From positions 31,452-95,451 of the forward strand of contig JBGAIX010000011.1 of the NCBI GenBank assembly GCA_044225235.1: a DNA stretch of 64,000 nucleotides, read 5' to 3'. Of this stretch, positions 42,725 to 51,607 are shown one piece after another. A program made the position numbers and the translations under genes. The stretch's first letter is position 1. Every line of letters begins with the position of its first letter. Below the pieces are notes generated by a model. That model was given only the letters and a program-made list of their open reading frames with translations, was not told the DNA's origin and searched no databases. The DNA comes from Propionibacteriaceae bacterium (lineage in GTDB: Bacteria; Actinomycetota; Actinomycetes; Propionibacteriales; Propionibacteriaceae).

Positions 42725-44464
42725 CTATTGCGCCCGCAACCAGGCGCGAAGCGTGCTGGTCGCGATGACGTCGTCCTCGTTGTACTCCAGCACCCGCTGG
42801 CGTGCGTCGGTGCGCGCCTCCGCCGATCCCGAGTGCACGGCGTCGGCAAACCACTGCTGAGAGTTCAGCCCACCGGGGTCGTCATCGCGCCAGCGGAATC
42901 CGGCGTGCACGGCGAGCAGCTTGAGACCTAGCCCGCGGGCGCCGAAGTAGTGCGACTTCACCACCTCAAGCAGGTCGACGAACTGGCTCCTGGCGTACCC
43001 GGCGGCCCACTCGAGGAGTGGGTCGCGGGAACGCCGTGCGAGCGCCTCGATCGCTGCCGTCTCGTAGGCGCTGTAGTGATACACGCGGACGGTCTCACCG
43101 GTCTCGGCGAACGTCTTGAGCCACGCCATCGCTTCGCGAGCAAGGCTGGCCTCGCTCTCGTCGTCGAGGTCTGCGAAGCGGCTGAACGAGGTGTACGTCG
43201 GAGGCTCGCCAGCACCAGGCCGCTGCAGCAGGAAGCCCCACAGGTAGACCCGGCCGTCTGCCGAACTCTCGATGTCGAGGTCGATCTCCACCGCGCCGGC
43301 CGGTACCTCGATCGGCCCCGACGTCTCGCGTACGAAGGCGGTCCCGGCGCGCAGCAGTCTGGCGCGACGTGCCGCAGTCCGCAGCCGCGCCTCGGCGGCC
43401 TGCCGGTGGGTGACCTCGGGTAGGTAGCTCGGCAGCAAGGCGTCGAGATCGGTGTCGGCCAACTCGGTCACGGTCTCGATGCCCAGCGCTCGGAGACTCA
43501 GGATCTCGCGGGTGTCCAGCGCCCCCTTGTCGATTCGCAGGCTGATGTCGTCGGCATCCAGTTGCGGGACGCAGTGCTCCCACCAGGCGCAGCGCGCGCA
43601 CTCGGAGGTGACGATGGGTCGGACCAGCAACGGCGGATCCGACTCCGGTCGCCCGACCCGGGCGCGCGCAGCCTCGGCCACGGTGATCCGGAACGCGAGT
43701 TCGTGGTCGTGTCGCTCCAAGGCGGTCCGCAGCCGCCACCCGCTGGGATCGGTGCGTGAAAAGGTCCGGATCAGAGGCTGATCCAACGGCAGCCAGCACA
43801 GCAGCGGGCCGCCGGCGAGGTCGTCCGTGCCGATGATGGCGCCGGTAGCTGTGACGGCGGCCCAGCCGGATGCCTCCAACAATCGCCAGAGGTGGGCCAG
43901 CTGAACCACATCGGCCCAGCGCGTGGCGACCCGCGCGCGGTGCCCTCGGCGGGGGCTGGCGGCGTCGGGATGCGGCTCGGCGAGCGTGGAGAACCGGGGC
44001 CCGTCGACAGCGGTCGCTCCGGACGCCGGCCTGGGCACGTCGACGAACCTGTGCCATTTGATCACCGCCGGGTGATAGCGGGGCCCGCCGTCGACGTCGG
44101 CGCCACGGATGAGCAACTCCGGGCTGCCGAACCGGTGACCAGCGGGGTCGGCCGGCAGCCGGGCGCCGATGATCACCGCGGCGCCCGACGTGAGGGCCCG
44201 CTCGGTGGCCTCCAGATGCTCGGCGGCAGGAGCCGATGCCAGCAGTCTGAGGTCGACCACCCGGCCGCGGCAGGCCTCGATGAGGCCTTCGAGGACGCGC
44301 GCGCGAAAGACTGTGCCCCCGTCGAAGAGCTCGACCTCGCCGTCCGCGCTCCCCGGCCGGGCGACCTCACCGTTGCGCGCGGCGGGATCGAACGCGTTCT
44401 GCGTCTTCACCGGGCAACTCGACGACGCGTACGGACCGAGCAGGATCGGTCGTCGCAGCGCCAT
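42725..44464 (-). CDS. TM0106-family RecB-like putative nuclease with C-terminal RNase H-like domain
   Basis: ORF track 42725..44569. Start moved to ATG 44464 to clear the menG stop. Cys cluster TSECARCAWWEHC. C-terminal blocks EIDLDIESS..GRVYLWGFLL and VYHYSAYE. Confidence 0.7.
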   Translation of the reverse strand: MALRRPILLGPYASSSCPVKTQNAFDPAARNGEVARPGSADGEVELFDGGTVFRARVLEGLIEACRGRVVDLRLLASAPAAEHLEATERALTSGAAVIIGARLPADPAGHRFGSPELLIRGADVDGGPRYHPAVIKWHRFVDVPRPASGATAVDGPRFSTLAEPHPDAASPRRGHRARVATRWADVVQLAHLWRLLEASGWAAVTATGAIIGTDDLAGGPLLCWLPLDQPLIRTFSRTDPSGWRLRTALERHDHELAFRITVAEAARARVGRPESDPPLLVRPIVTSECARCAWWEHCVPQLDADDISLRIDKGALDTREILSLRALGIETVTELADTDLDALLPSYLPEVTHRQAAEARLRTAARRARLLRAGTAFVRETSGPIEVPAGAVEIDLDIESSADGRVYLWGFLLQRPGAGEPPTYTSFSRFADLDDESEASLAREAMAWLKTFAETGETVRVYHYSAYETAAIEALARRSRDPLLEWAAGYARSQFVDLLEVVKSHYFGARGLGLKLLAVHAGFRWRDDDPGGLNSQQWFADAVHSGSAEARTDARQRVLEYNEDDVIATSTLRAWLRAQ

Positions 44465-44517
44465 CGTCGGAGAATCGGCGGTGGGCGTCGGAGCTCGGCT
44501 GAGCACTGCGCGGCCGC

Positions 44518-45231
44518 TCATGCTCGCGCTCGATGCAGCGCGACGACGCCACCCGAGACGTTGCGCCACTCCACCTCGCGCCAGCCGCCAGCCTCGACCA
44601 CCTGGGCCAGCGCGGGTTGGTCGGGCCAGGCCTGAATGGATTCGGCGAGGTACTCGTACGCGGTCGGGTTCGACGACACGATCCGCGCAATCCGCGGGAT
44701 GGCCGACAACAGCCAGGTCGTGTAGATCGTCCGGAAAACGCTCCAGGTCGGCGTCGAGAACTCACAGATGACCAACTTTCCGCCCGGTCGTGTCACCCGC
44801 CGCATCTCCTTCAGTGCCGCCTCCGGATGCTCGACGTTGCGCAGCCCGAAGGAGATGGTCACGGCGTCGAAGCTCGCATCGGCGAAGGGAAGCCGCAACG
44901 CGTCGCCGGCGATGAAATCCAGATCCGGCTGGCGTGTCTTCCCCACCGCGAGCATCCCCAGGGAGAGATCGGTGGCGACGACTGACGCGCCGGCACGGGC
45001 GAAGGGCTCACTCGAGGTGCCCGTGCCGGCGGCGAGGTCGAGGACCCGATCCCCCCGCCGCGGGTCGACCGCACGCAGGACGAGGCGTCGCCAGATCCTG
45101 TCCTGGCCGAGTGAGAGCAGGTCGTTGGCCAGGTCGTAGCGCGCCGCGACCCGGTCGAACATGGCCGCGACCTCGGCACGCTGCTTGTCGAGTCCGGCCC
45201 GTGTGGAAGCCTCGGTGTCAGGCACGGGCAC
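44518..45231 (-). CDS. menG: demethylmenaquinone methyltransferase (UbiE/MenG)
   Basis: 237 aa. Motifs [29 protein letters not shown] motif [15 protein letters not shown]. Confidence 0.9.
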   Translation of the reverse strand: MPVPDTEASTRAGLDKQRAEVAAMFDRVAARYDLANDLLSLGQDRIWRRLVLRAVDPRRGDRVLDLAAGTGTSSEPFARAGASVVATDLSLGMLAVGKTRQPDLDFIAGDALRLPFADASFDAVTISFGLRNVEHPEAALKEMRRVTRPGGKLVICEFSTPTWSVFRTIYTTWLLSAIPRIARIVSSNPTAYEYLAESIQAWPDQPALAQVVEAGGWREVEWRNVSGGVVALHRARA

Positions 45232-45281
45232 AGCCTGCCATGCGCCGCCGACAGTCTGCGCGCGATGCGAGGACGGCAGGT

Positions 45282-46142
45282 CTACAGCGGCGCGACGGCC
45301 TGGACGGCCTTGATCGTCGGCAGCTGAGCTCCGTCGGCATCCTCGATGCTGACGGCGAGACCCGTCACCCCGTCGAGCGGTCCCTGGATGAACGCGCGCC
45401 GGTCGCCGCCGCCAGCGACGAGAACGTCGGGCGAGGCCCCGACCGGATTGGTGGCCGTGATCGAGGAGTCACGCAACGTCCACAACTGGTACGTCTGCCG
45501 GGGGCTGGTGGTGGGAAGGTCGCGGCTGACGAACAGCGCCCTGCCCAGGCTTCGCGACACCACGAATGACGCCCGGCCGCCGTTGCTCAAAGGCACCGGA
45601 TAGATCCGCACGTCCGGTGCGCTGTAGAGCTCAGTCTGTGCGGCCTGATCGGCGACGTCGGCCTGCCGAGCCTGAACCAGCTGGATCACCACCCCGCCAA
45701 GACCGAGGGCCAGCACCAGCGCCGCGGCGACCAGGCCAGCCAGCACACGCGTCCGCCGTCGCTGCCGGAGCACCGCGAGTTCGTCCGCTGCCGGAGCCTG
45801 GAACGACTCGACCGGTTGGCTCTGCGTGCCGCCGCGTGCATCCCGGTCGCCGCCGGGGTGCACCACCGGTGCTGCGGCCTCCGAGAGAGGTGTCGACGAC
45901 TCGGGCTCCGGTGGCAGCACCCGGACCCCCGAGATGGCCGACAGGATCGAGCCGCGCAGTTCCGGCGGAGGGCCGCTGTGGATCGGGGCCAGCCGCGAGA
46001 GCTCGGCCGCGGTCTCACCGAACTCGACCACTTCCCGCCGGCAGGTCGGGCACACGGCCAGATGCGCCTCGAACTCGTCCAGTTCCCCGGGATCCAGCGC
46101 ATTGATCACGTACGAGCCGACCGCGCCGTGGATCTCGCTCAC
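45282..46142 (-). CDS. rskA: anti-sigma-K factor RskA-like (zf-HC2, TM, extracytoplasmic domain)
   Basis: The 3' 286 codons of ORF 45282..46655. The GTG start overlaps the sigma gene stop (GTGA). Motifs [35 protein letters not shown]-terminal YQLWTL block. Confidence 0.8.
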   Translation of the reverse strand: MSEIHGAVGSYVINALDPGELDEFEAHLAVCPTCRREVVEFGETAAELSRLAPIHSGPPPELRGSILSAISGVRVLPPEPESSTPLSEAAAPVVHPGGDRDARGGTQSQPVESFQAPAADELAVLRQRRRTRVLAGLVAAALVLALGLGGVVIQLVQARQADVADQAAQTELYSAPDVRIYPVPLSNGGRASFVVSRSLGRALFVSRDLPTTSPRQTYQLWTLRDSSITATNPVGASPDVLVAGGGDRRAFIQGPLDGVTGLAVSIEDADGAQLPTIKAVQAVAPL

Positions 46143-46771
46143 GACTCCACCCCCAACGCGTCCCGCAGGCCGATCAGGCCGTCCCGGATCCGAGTTTTCA
46201 CGGTCCCCAGCGGCAGCCCGAGCAGTTGTGCGACCTGGCTCTGGGTGTAGCCCCCGAAGTAGGCGAGGGTCAGCGCTTCCCGCTGGATCTCGGTCAGTTC
46301 CGTCATCCCGCGGCGGACTCGTTCGACGTCCAGCTGCTGCTGCACGTCCTCCCAGACCTCGTCGTGCTCTCGGACCCCGGCCGCCACGACGTAGCGGTCT
46401 TCTCGGGCCGTCTCGCTCGACACCGCTCGCACTCGATCCACCGCGCGGCGGTGGGCCATCGTCGTCATCCAGGCCAGCACGCTGCCCTTGTCGGGTGAGT
46501 AGCGCGCGGACTGTCGCCAGACCTCCACGTAGACCTCCTGGGTCACCTCTGCCGCGTGGTCGGGGGAGCGCAGTACCCGAAGGATGACGGCGTAGATCCG
46601 GCGCGAGGTGTGGTCGTACAGCTCGGCGAAGGCACTCTCGTGACCTCGCGAGCACTTCTTCATCAGTTCCTGCAGCAACGCGGCCTCGGCCGCTCGCCCG
46701 CGGGAGACGTCGCCCGGGCCGGGCGCGGGGGATGATCCCCCGGGCCCGGTCGGTAGCGACGAAACGTTCAC
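46139..46771 (-). CDS. sigK: ECF sigma factor, SigK-like
   Basis: 210 aa. Region 2 FAELYDHTSRRIYAVILRVLRSPDHAAEVTQEVYVEVW. Region 4 LTEIQREALTLAYFGGYTQSQVAQLLGLPLGTVKTRIRDGL. Translationally coupled to the RskA-like gene. The start may be internal (MKKCSRG). Confidence 0.8.
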   Translation of the reverse strand: MNVSSLPTGPGGSSPAPGPGDVSRGRAAEAALLQELMKKCSRGHESAFAELYDHTSRRIYAVILRVLRSPDHAAEVTQEVYVEVWRQSARYSPDKGSVLAWMTTMAHRRAVDRVRAVSSETAREDRYVVAAGVREHDEVWEDVQQQLDVERVRRGMTELTEIQREALTLAYFGGYTQSQVAQLLGLPLGTVKTRIRDGLIGLRDALGVES

Positions 46772-46804
46772 GGAATCGACGCTTTCACGTGCTGTGTCGG
46801 TCTC

Positions 46805-47458
46805 TCAGGACGTCGGCAGCAACACGCTGTCGATGATGTAGACGGTCGCGTTGGCGGTCTGCACGCTCCCGCAGATGACCTTCGCGTCGGTGTTGACGGT
46901 GAAGTCCTCGCCACTGCCCTCGACGGTGACCTTCTGGTCGGCGTTGAGGGTGTCGTGCGTGCCGCTCAGCATGTCGGGCGAGAGCCGCTCGCCGACCACG
47001 TGCTCGGTCAGGATCGCCGTCAACTGCTTCTTGTCCGCGAGCACCTTCTTCAGCGTGGCCGGATCGATCTTGGCGAACGCGTCGTTGGTCGGTGCGAAGA
47101 CGGTGATGTTCTCAGCATTGTTCAGCGTGTCGACGAGTCCCGCCTCCTTGACGGCCGCGACCAAGGTGCTCAGCAGCGGGTTGTTGCTCGCAGCTGTCGC
47201 GACGGGGTCCTTCGACATGCCGTCGAACGACCCACTGCCGGAATCCGGGACAGACGCGCAGCCCGGGCCGAAGGGTTGGTCGGTCATGGCTGCGCTCGGT
47301 GTCGCGGCAGGGCTGCTGGCCGGCGCTGAACTGGCCGCAGATGAGGGGGCGGCGCCGGTGTTGTCCTCGGCCGTTGAGCCGCAAGCCGCAAGGCTGATCG
47401 GCAAGGCGATGGCCGCCGCGAAGGCTGCGAACCGGGCTCGGCGATGGAAAAATGGCAT
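46805..47458 (-). CDS. fasciclin (FAS1) domain lipoprotein, MPT70/MPT83-like
   Basis: ORF track 46805..47512; ATG 47458 follows GAAGGGA. Lipobox ISLAAC. FAS1 blocks ATAASNNPLLSTLVAAVKEAGLVDTLN, ITVFAPTNDAF, ANATVYIIDSVLLP. Confidence 0.85.
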   Translation of the reverse strand: MPFFHRRARFAAFAAAIALPISLAACGSTAEDNTGAAPSSAASSAPASSPAATPSAAMTDQPFGPGCASVPDSGSGSFDGMSKDPVATAASNNPLLSTLVAAVKEAGLVDTLNNAENITVFAPTNDAFAKIDPATLKKVLADKKQLTAILTEHVVGERLSPDMLSGTHDTLNADQKVTVEGSGEDFTVNTDAKVICGSVQTANATVYIIDSVLLPTS

Positions 47459-47555
47459 GACGGAATCCCTTCTGGGATCGGTGCAGGGAGTAGTCCGGCG
47501 CGGAAGCGTCATGCTGCGTCAGACCACGGTGTGGCTCGTGTGAGCTTTGATAGGG

Positions 47556-47582
47556 ATTCGGAGCCATCCGGCCGGCGGATGC
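47556..47582 (-). promoter_or_regulatory. SigK-type ECF promoter candidate (-35 GCATCC, 15-nt spacer, -10 CCGAAT on the minus strand)
   Basis: The plus strand reads ATTCGG (47556-47561) ... GGATGC (47577-47582), about 100 nt upstream of the fasciclin ATG. As I recall, the motif reported for mycobacterial SigK-dependent promoters is CCATCC-N15/16-CCGAAT. Confidence 0.5.
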
Positions 47583-47725
47583 TCTTTTCGGGTATCGATT
47601 CGGGATCCGTCGATACTCGCCGAGGGATGCAGGGCTCCGATCCGACGCCTTGAGGCCTACGCCGCGTCCCGGGTCACGCGAGAGACAAGAACGCCGCGCT
47701 GGTGCACGGGCGGCACAATCGGCGC

Positions 47726-48370
47726 ATGGCCAAGCGCAGCGTCGTCCTCAAGGTTTCCGGCCTGCGCCGGTCCTTCGGGTCGAACACCCTCTTCGAAAAG
47801 TTCAGTCTCGAGGTGCGTAGCGGAGAGGCGATCGCCCTCACCGGCCGCAACGGAGCGGGTAAGTCGACCCTGTTGCGGTGCCTCGTCGGCGCCGACCGGG
47901 CGGACGACGGAACGGTCGAGGTCTGCGGGCGACCGATGTCGGAGGCCTCCCCCGAGATCCGACGGGACGTCGCGACGGTGATCGACGACCTCGACTTCTT
48001 CCCCGATCTGAGTGTCGTGGAGCATCTGGACCTGCTGGCACGAGCGCACGGGATTGCCGATCCGGATGCCCTCGTCGACGACGTCCTCGACGAGGTTCAG
48101 CTGGTGCCGCAGTCAGGGCAGTTGCCTGGCACTCTGTCGTCGGGTCAGCGCCGCCGGCTCGCGCTGGCGACCGCGTTCGTCCGGCCGCGGAAGCTGCTGG
48201 TTCTGGACGAGCCCGAGCAGCGTCTGGATACCGAAGGCGTGAGCTGGCTGGCGCAGCGACTGAAGAAGGAGCGTCAAGACGGGCTGGCGATCGTCTTCGC
48301 GAGCCACGAGCCCACGCTCGTCGAGTCGGTGGCCACCCGAGTGGTCACCCTGGGAGCGCCGCGCGGATGA
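47726..48370 (+). CDS. ABC transporter ATP-binding protein
   Basis: ORF track 47702..48370. Walker A GRNGAGKST, signature LSSGQRRRL, Walker B LLVLDEP. Confidence 0.88.
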   Translation: MAKRSVVLKVSGLRRSFGSNTLFEKFSLEVRSGEAIALTGRNGAGKSTLLRCLVGADRADDGTVEVCGRPMSEASPEIRRDVATVIDDLDFFPDLSVVEHLDLLARAHGIADPDALVDDVLDEVQLVPQSGQLPGTLSSGQRRRLALATAFVRPRKLLVLDEPEQRLDTEGVSWLAQRLKKERQDGLAIVFASHEPTLVESVATRVVTLGAPRG

Positions 48371-50013
48371 GCGTGCCCGCCGACGAGCCCGACCGGGCGG
48401 TGCCTCCGGCGTTCGCCGACCTGGTGCCGGCGACGCCACGCGAACTGAAGGGACTCATCCGTGACTGGCGCAAGGGACGCGCCACGCGCAACGTCTGGCA
48501 GGCGTTGTCCGACGCCTACATCGCCCTGATCGCAGCGCTGATGTTGGGCGCGATGCTGGTGAACGTCGTGCTGAAGGCGCAACGCTCGGTCGCCTCCTGC
48601 GACAGCCTGACGTGCCTGTCCGCCCGGGAACTCCTGCCCTGGGGGGCCTTCGCGGCTGCTGTCGCCGTCGCGCTCGCGCTTAGTCGCTTGTTCGGGCCGG
48701 TGCTGGCCTCAGCGGCGGAGGGATTCTGGATTCTCGACGCTCCGGTCGGGCGCGCGGGATTGCTCCGGGCCCGGCTGGCCGGGGCGATCGCAGCGGCGTT
48801 CGCGGGGGGTGCCGTGGTCGGCGGACTGGTGTCCGCGCTGACCGGGTCGCGCCTGACCACCGTCGCGGTTTGGATGGCCGCGACCGGACTGTCCGCCGCA
48901 GCAGCCGTCGCCTTTGCGGCGGCCCAGCAAGGCATCGAACGCCACCGCCTCGTGCACGCGGCGAGCTATCTCTTCGGGGCGCTGGCGGTGAGCGCGCTGA
49001 CTGCTGCAGTGGGAATCGCCGCGGGCTGGTTCGGACTCGCGCTCGGTGGCCGACGCGAACTGCAGTGGGGCGTGCTCGCCATCGCCTTCTCCGGCGCCAC
49101 CGTCATCGCAAGCGCCGCTCTCGCGCTGGCCCGGCTGGGCCGGATCCGGCGATCCCGGCTGCTCTCCGGGGGTGCCATGGTCAGCGGGCTCTCCGGCGCC
49201 TTCTTCGCCCTCGATGTCGGCCTGGCCCGCGACATCGTCGTCGCGCGCCGCGCCCTCGACAAGGGCCACGTGCGCTCCCGGCGCGGCAAGGGACTCGGGT
49301 TGAGCGCTGTGGCGTGGCGCGAGTGGCAGCGGCTGCTGCGCTTCCCGCAGCCGCTGCTGGTGCTGGCCGCAACCGTCGTCATCCCGTACGCCACCGACGC
49401 GCTCGGCCTCAGCGTGCTCAGCCCCGTGATCGGGGCCTTGGCGCTCTTCGGCGCCACGATTCCCCTGCTGAACGGGCTTCGGGTGCTCACCCGGACCGGC
49501 GGCTTGGCGCGCTGCCTCCCGTTCAGTCTGTCCCAGCTGAAGCTGGCCTCGATCGCTGTGCCGGCGGCACTCGCTCTCGGCTGGACGATCGCCACCGTCG
49601 GCGCGTACCTCGGGTTCGGCGACGGCGCCGAGCGGCGCAGTGTCCCCGAGGCGTTGCTGGTGTCCCTCGCCGTCGGTCTCGCCGGGCTGTTGGCCGCCGT
49701 GCGGTGGACGCAGGCGAAGGGGCCGGACTTCGGTGCGCCGATGGTCTCCAGCCAACTCGGCGCCTTCCCCCCGGGACTGGTGACCAACCTCTTCCGCGGT
49801 TTCGACGTGGCGCTCGTCACCACCGCCCCGCTCCTGCTCGGCGGCTCGCCGCTATGGTCGCTCGGGATCGCGGGCATCGTGGCGCTGATCTTGCTCAACT
49901 CGCTCGATGCCGAATCGCTCCGCGCCCGGCAGGCCGAGCAGCAGAAGGAACTCGCAGCCCAGCGCAAGCAGCGCGACGCCGCTCAGACGGTGATGAAGCA
50001 GCGGAAACGCTGA
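48367..50013 (+). CDS. polytopic membrane protein translationally coupled to the ABC ATPase (putative permease partner; possibly the DUF6297-type family)
   Basis: In frame with ORF 47878..50013. ATG 48367 overlaps the ATPase stop (ATGA). 548 aa with about 10 or more hydrophobic segments and a charged C-terminal tail. Confidence 0.65.
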   Translation: MSVPADEPDRAVPPAFADLVPATPRELKGLIRDWRKGRATRNVWQALSDAYIALIAALMLGAMLVNVVLKAQRSVASCDSLTCLSARELLPWGAFAAAVAVALALSRLFGPVLASAAEGFWILDAPVGRAGLLRARLAGAIAAAFAGGAVVGGLVSALTGSRLTTVAVWMAATGLSAAAAVAFAAAQQGIERHRLVHAASYLFGALAVSALTAAVGIAAGWFGLALGGRRELQWGVLAIAFSGATVIASAALALARLGRIRRSRLLSGGAMVSGLSGAFFALDVGLARDIVVARRALDKGHVRSRRGKGLGLSAVAWREWQRLLRFPQPLLVLAATVVIPYATDALGLSVLSPVIGALALFGATIPLLNGLRVLTRTGGLARCLPFSLSQLKLASIAVPAALALGWTIATVGAYLGFGDGAERRSVPEALLVSLAVGLAGLLAAVRWTQAKGPDFGAPMVSSQLGAFPPGLVTNLFRGFDVALVTTAPLLLGGSPLWSLGIAGIVALILLNSLDAESLRARQAEQQKELAAQRKQRDAAQTVMKQRKR

Positions 50014-50033
50014 CGCTGAACGGCCCGAGGCGA

Positions 50034-51575
50034 TCAACCGACCTGGAACTGGATCTGGTGCCATCCGGTGGCACCGGCGGGGAAGACGCGGCGACGCCGC
50101 TCCGGCTGCGTCTGTCCGGTCAGGTCCGTCGCCCGCACCTCGGCGCTGTGGCGCCCCGCCGGGCCGTCATAGACGAACGACCACTGTCGCCACAGGTCGA
50201 CCCCACCCGAGGGCGCCAGCTTCGCCTGCTGCCAGGCGCCGCCGTCGATCCTGATCTCGACCCTGGCGATGCCTCGGTGCTGCGCCCACGCCACCCCGGC
50301 GAGCACTGGCTTCTCCTTTGGCAAGACCCCGAGCGACTTCGGGACGTCGATGCGTGCCTGGGTGAGGATGGGGGCATCGGTCGCCCAGCCTCGTCGGGTC
50401 CAGTACGCCTCCCGGCGGGCGTAGCTGGTGAACTCCAGCCGGCTCAGCCACTTGGTCGCGGAGACGAACCCGAACAGCCCGGGAACCAGCATCCGCGCAG
50501 GGAAGCCGTGCGCGTCGGGGAGCGGCTCCCCGTTCATCCCGATGGCGATCATCGCGTCGCGGCCGTCGCTCACTGCCTGGTAGGGCGTCGAGCAGGTGTA
50601 GCCGGAGTCCAACGAGTACGAGAACACCTGATCGACGCCGGGGCGGACGCCTGCGCGCTGGATCAGATCGGCGAAACTCACCCCGAGCCAGCGCGCGGTG
50701 CCGACGTAGCGGCCGCCGACCTCGTTCGAGACGCAGGTCAGCGTGATGTCGCGCTCGATCATCGGCATGGCCAGCAGTTCGCGATAGCTCAGTTCGAGCG
50801 GGCGTTCGACGGCGCCGTCCACGGTCAGGGTCCAGTTCTCGGCGTCGATCCGCGGCGTCACCAGGCTGATGTCCACCCGGTAGAACACGTCGTTGGGGGT
50901 GATGAAGGGGCTTGCCCCCGGGGCTTGGACGCCGTCGGGCAGTGGCGGGGCCGGCGAAGCGGGATCGGGGAGACCGAGGGCGCGTCTGGCCGCGGCTCCC
51001 GCCTGCCGGCCGCGCTCCAGGATCACCCCGACGCCGCCGGCAATGGCCGCCAGCGCCCCGGTGGCGGCCAGAGCGACGAGCAGCCGACGACGCGAGCCGG
51101 CCGGGTCTCGATCCGGTCCGGACCGCGACACCGCCACGCAGATCCACAAGGCGGTTGCGCCGGCGGCTGCTGCCGCCATCGATGGGGGAGCTGCGGCGAT
51201 GCCGCCCCGCCAGACCGCGGCCCCGGCGCCGGCAAGGCCGAGCACGGCGATCCCGGTAACGGACACGACGCGATGACCCCAGGCGATGAGCCCGAGCACC
51301 GCCGAGACCGCCAGCAGGACGGCCGCCACACTTGCCAGCAGCACCGGCTTGTCGGCGGTGCCCAGGGTGCGGACGGCGAACTCCTTGGCCGGGGTCGGCG
51401 CGGCGTCGACGAGCACCGATCCGACCGCTATCACGGGCGACGCGGAGGGCTCGACGATGGCCGCGATCGCGTGTCCGACACCGACTGCTGCACCGGCTGA
51501 GAGCACACCGGCGAGCGCTCGCAGGAGCGCAGGTGGGCGCGGCGGCAACGCATCGTCCCTAGACAAGAGGCCCAT
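50034..51575 (-). CDS. membrane-anchored molybdopterin-dependent oxidoreductase (sulfite oxidase / YedY fold)
   Basis: 513 aa. N-terminal multi-TM region, then FITPNDVFYRVD, ITLTCVSNEVGG, GFPARMLVPGLFGFVSATKWL. Confidence 0.82.
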   Translation of the reverse strand: MGLLSRDDALPPRPPALLRALAGVLSAGAAVGVGHAIAAIVEPSASPVIAVGSVLVDAAPTPAKEFAVRTLGTADKPVLLASVAAVLLAVSAVLGLIAWGHRVVSVTGIAVLGLAGAGAAVWRGGIAAAPPSMAAAAAGATALWICVAVSRSGPDRDPAGSRRRLLVALAATGALAAIAGGVGVILERGRQAGAAARRALGLPDPASPAPPLPDGVQAPGASPFITPNDVFYRVDISLVTPRIDAENWTLTVDGAVERPLELSYRELLAMPMIERDITLTCVSNEVGGRYVGTARWLGVSFADLIQRAGVRPGVDQVFSYSLDSGYTCSTPYQAVSDGRDAMIAIGMNGEPLPDAHGFPARMLVPGLFGFVSATKWLSRLEFTSYARREAYWTRRGWATDAPILTQARIDVPKSLGVLPKEKPVLAGVAWAQHRGIARVEIRIDGGAWQQAKLAPSGGVDLWRQWSFVYDGPAGRHSAEVRATDLTGQTQPERRRRVFPAGATGWHQIQFQVG

Positions 51576-51607
51576 GGTGAGGATTCGCTGCGACGCGGGC
51601 GGCCGGA

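Noticed and set aside
47598-47630. A second ATTCGG / GGATGC pair upstream of the SigK-type promoter
   Set aside because: The spacing between the hexamers is 21 nt, too long for an ECF promoter. It is probably fortuitous or a relic.
48870-51500. 876-aa plus-strand ORF
   Set aside because: It overlaps the membrane protein gene in another frame and lies antisense to the molybdoenzyme gene. Its composition is Arg/Gly/Pro low complexity.
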